From positions 1 through 64,000 of the forward strand of contig CAVQKE010000004.1 in NCBI GenBank assembly GCA_963713045.1: a stretch of 64,000 nucleotides of DNA. Direction: 5' to 3'. This DNA is from an uncultured delta proteobacterium. GTDB lineage: Bacteria; Myxococcota; Myxococcia; Myxococcales; Myxococcaceae. The notes under the pieces are model-generated. The model was not told the DNA's origin. It did not search any database and saw nothing but the letters and a program-made list of their open reading frames with translations. The position numbers were made by a program, and so were the translations under genes. Below, piece after piece: positions 63,924 to 64,000 of the stretch (position 1 is its first letter; each line of letters opens with the position of its first letter).

Positions 63924-64000
63924 GTCAGCACCAGCTTCCCCACCGAGGCATTGCTGGCCATGCGCGCCAGCGCCAGCCGAGCGCTGTCCATGGGCAACAC
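63905..64000 (-). CDS. 3' end of a NAD(P)H-quinone oxidoreductase (MDR family), partial
   Basis: VLPM...RLALARMASNASVGKLVLTW*. Confidence 0.7.
   Translation of the reverse strand: MLPMDSARLALARMASNASVGKLVLTWEEDA

Overview
High-GC Myxococcota (Myxococcales-like) chromosomal window with three parts. (1) ~1-10.9 kb is housekeeping/metabolic: ppk1, ppx, PilZ, GNAT, galK, UGPase, radical SAM, metallophosphoesterase, DinB, amidase. The first ~8.5 kb is full of indels that look like low-coverage long-read errors. (2) ~10.9-39.3 kb is an accessory region centred on a tRNA-Sec (selC, 22402-22497, minus strand). The tRNA is flanked by one displaced 3' half (19248-19311) and two displaced 5' halves (23394-23430, 32415-32454), all breaking at the anticodon loop. 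The two 5' halves sit in mutually homologous attP-like junctions. No integrase is visible. Cargo includes feoAB, secreted lipoproteins sharing an Ig-like module, serine hydrolases, a MYXO-CTERM protein, IS3/IS4/IS30 relics, an IS701, and a Ser/Thr kinase. (3) ~39.4-64 kb is myxobacterial core: orphan groEL with CIRCE, REC-GGDEF, romR, valS (with a histone-H1-like tail), nadC, glpX, eno, surE, LysM/M23, lexA with its SOS box, mlaEFD-like ABC, a pseudokinase and HtrA. The best candidate for a novel system is the integrase-less tandem cassette array built at the tRNA-Sec anticodon loop. All calls come from reading motifs by eye; no database searches were run.
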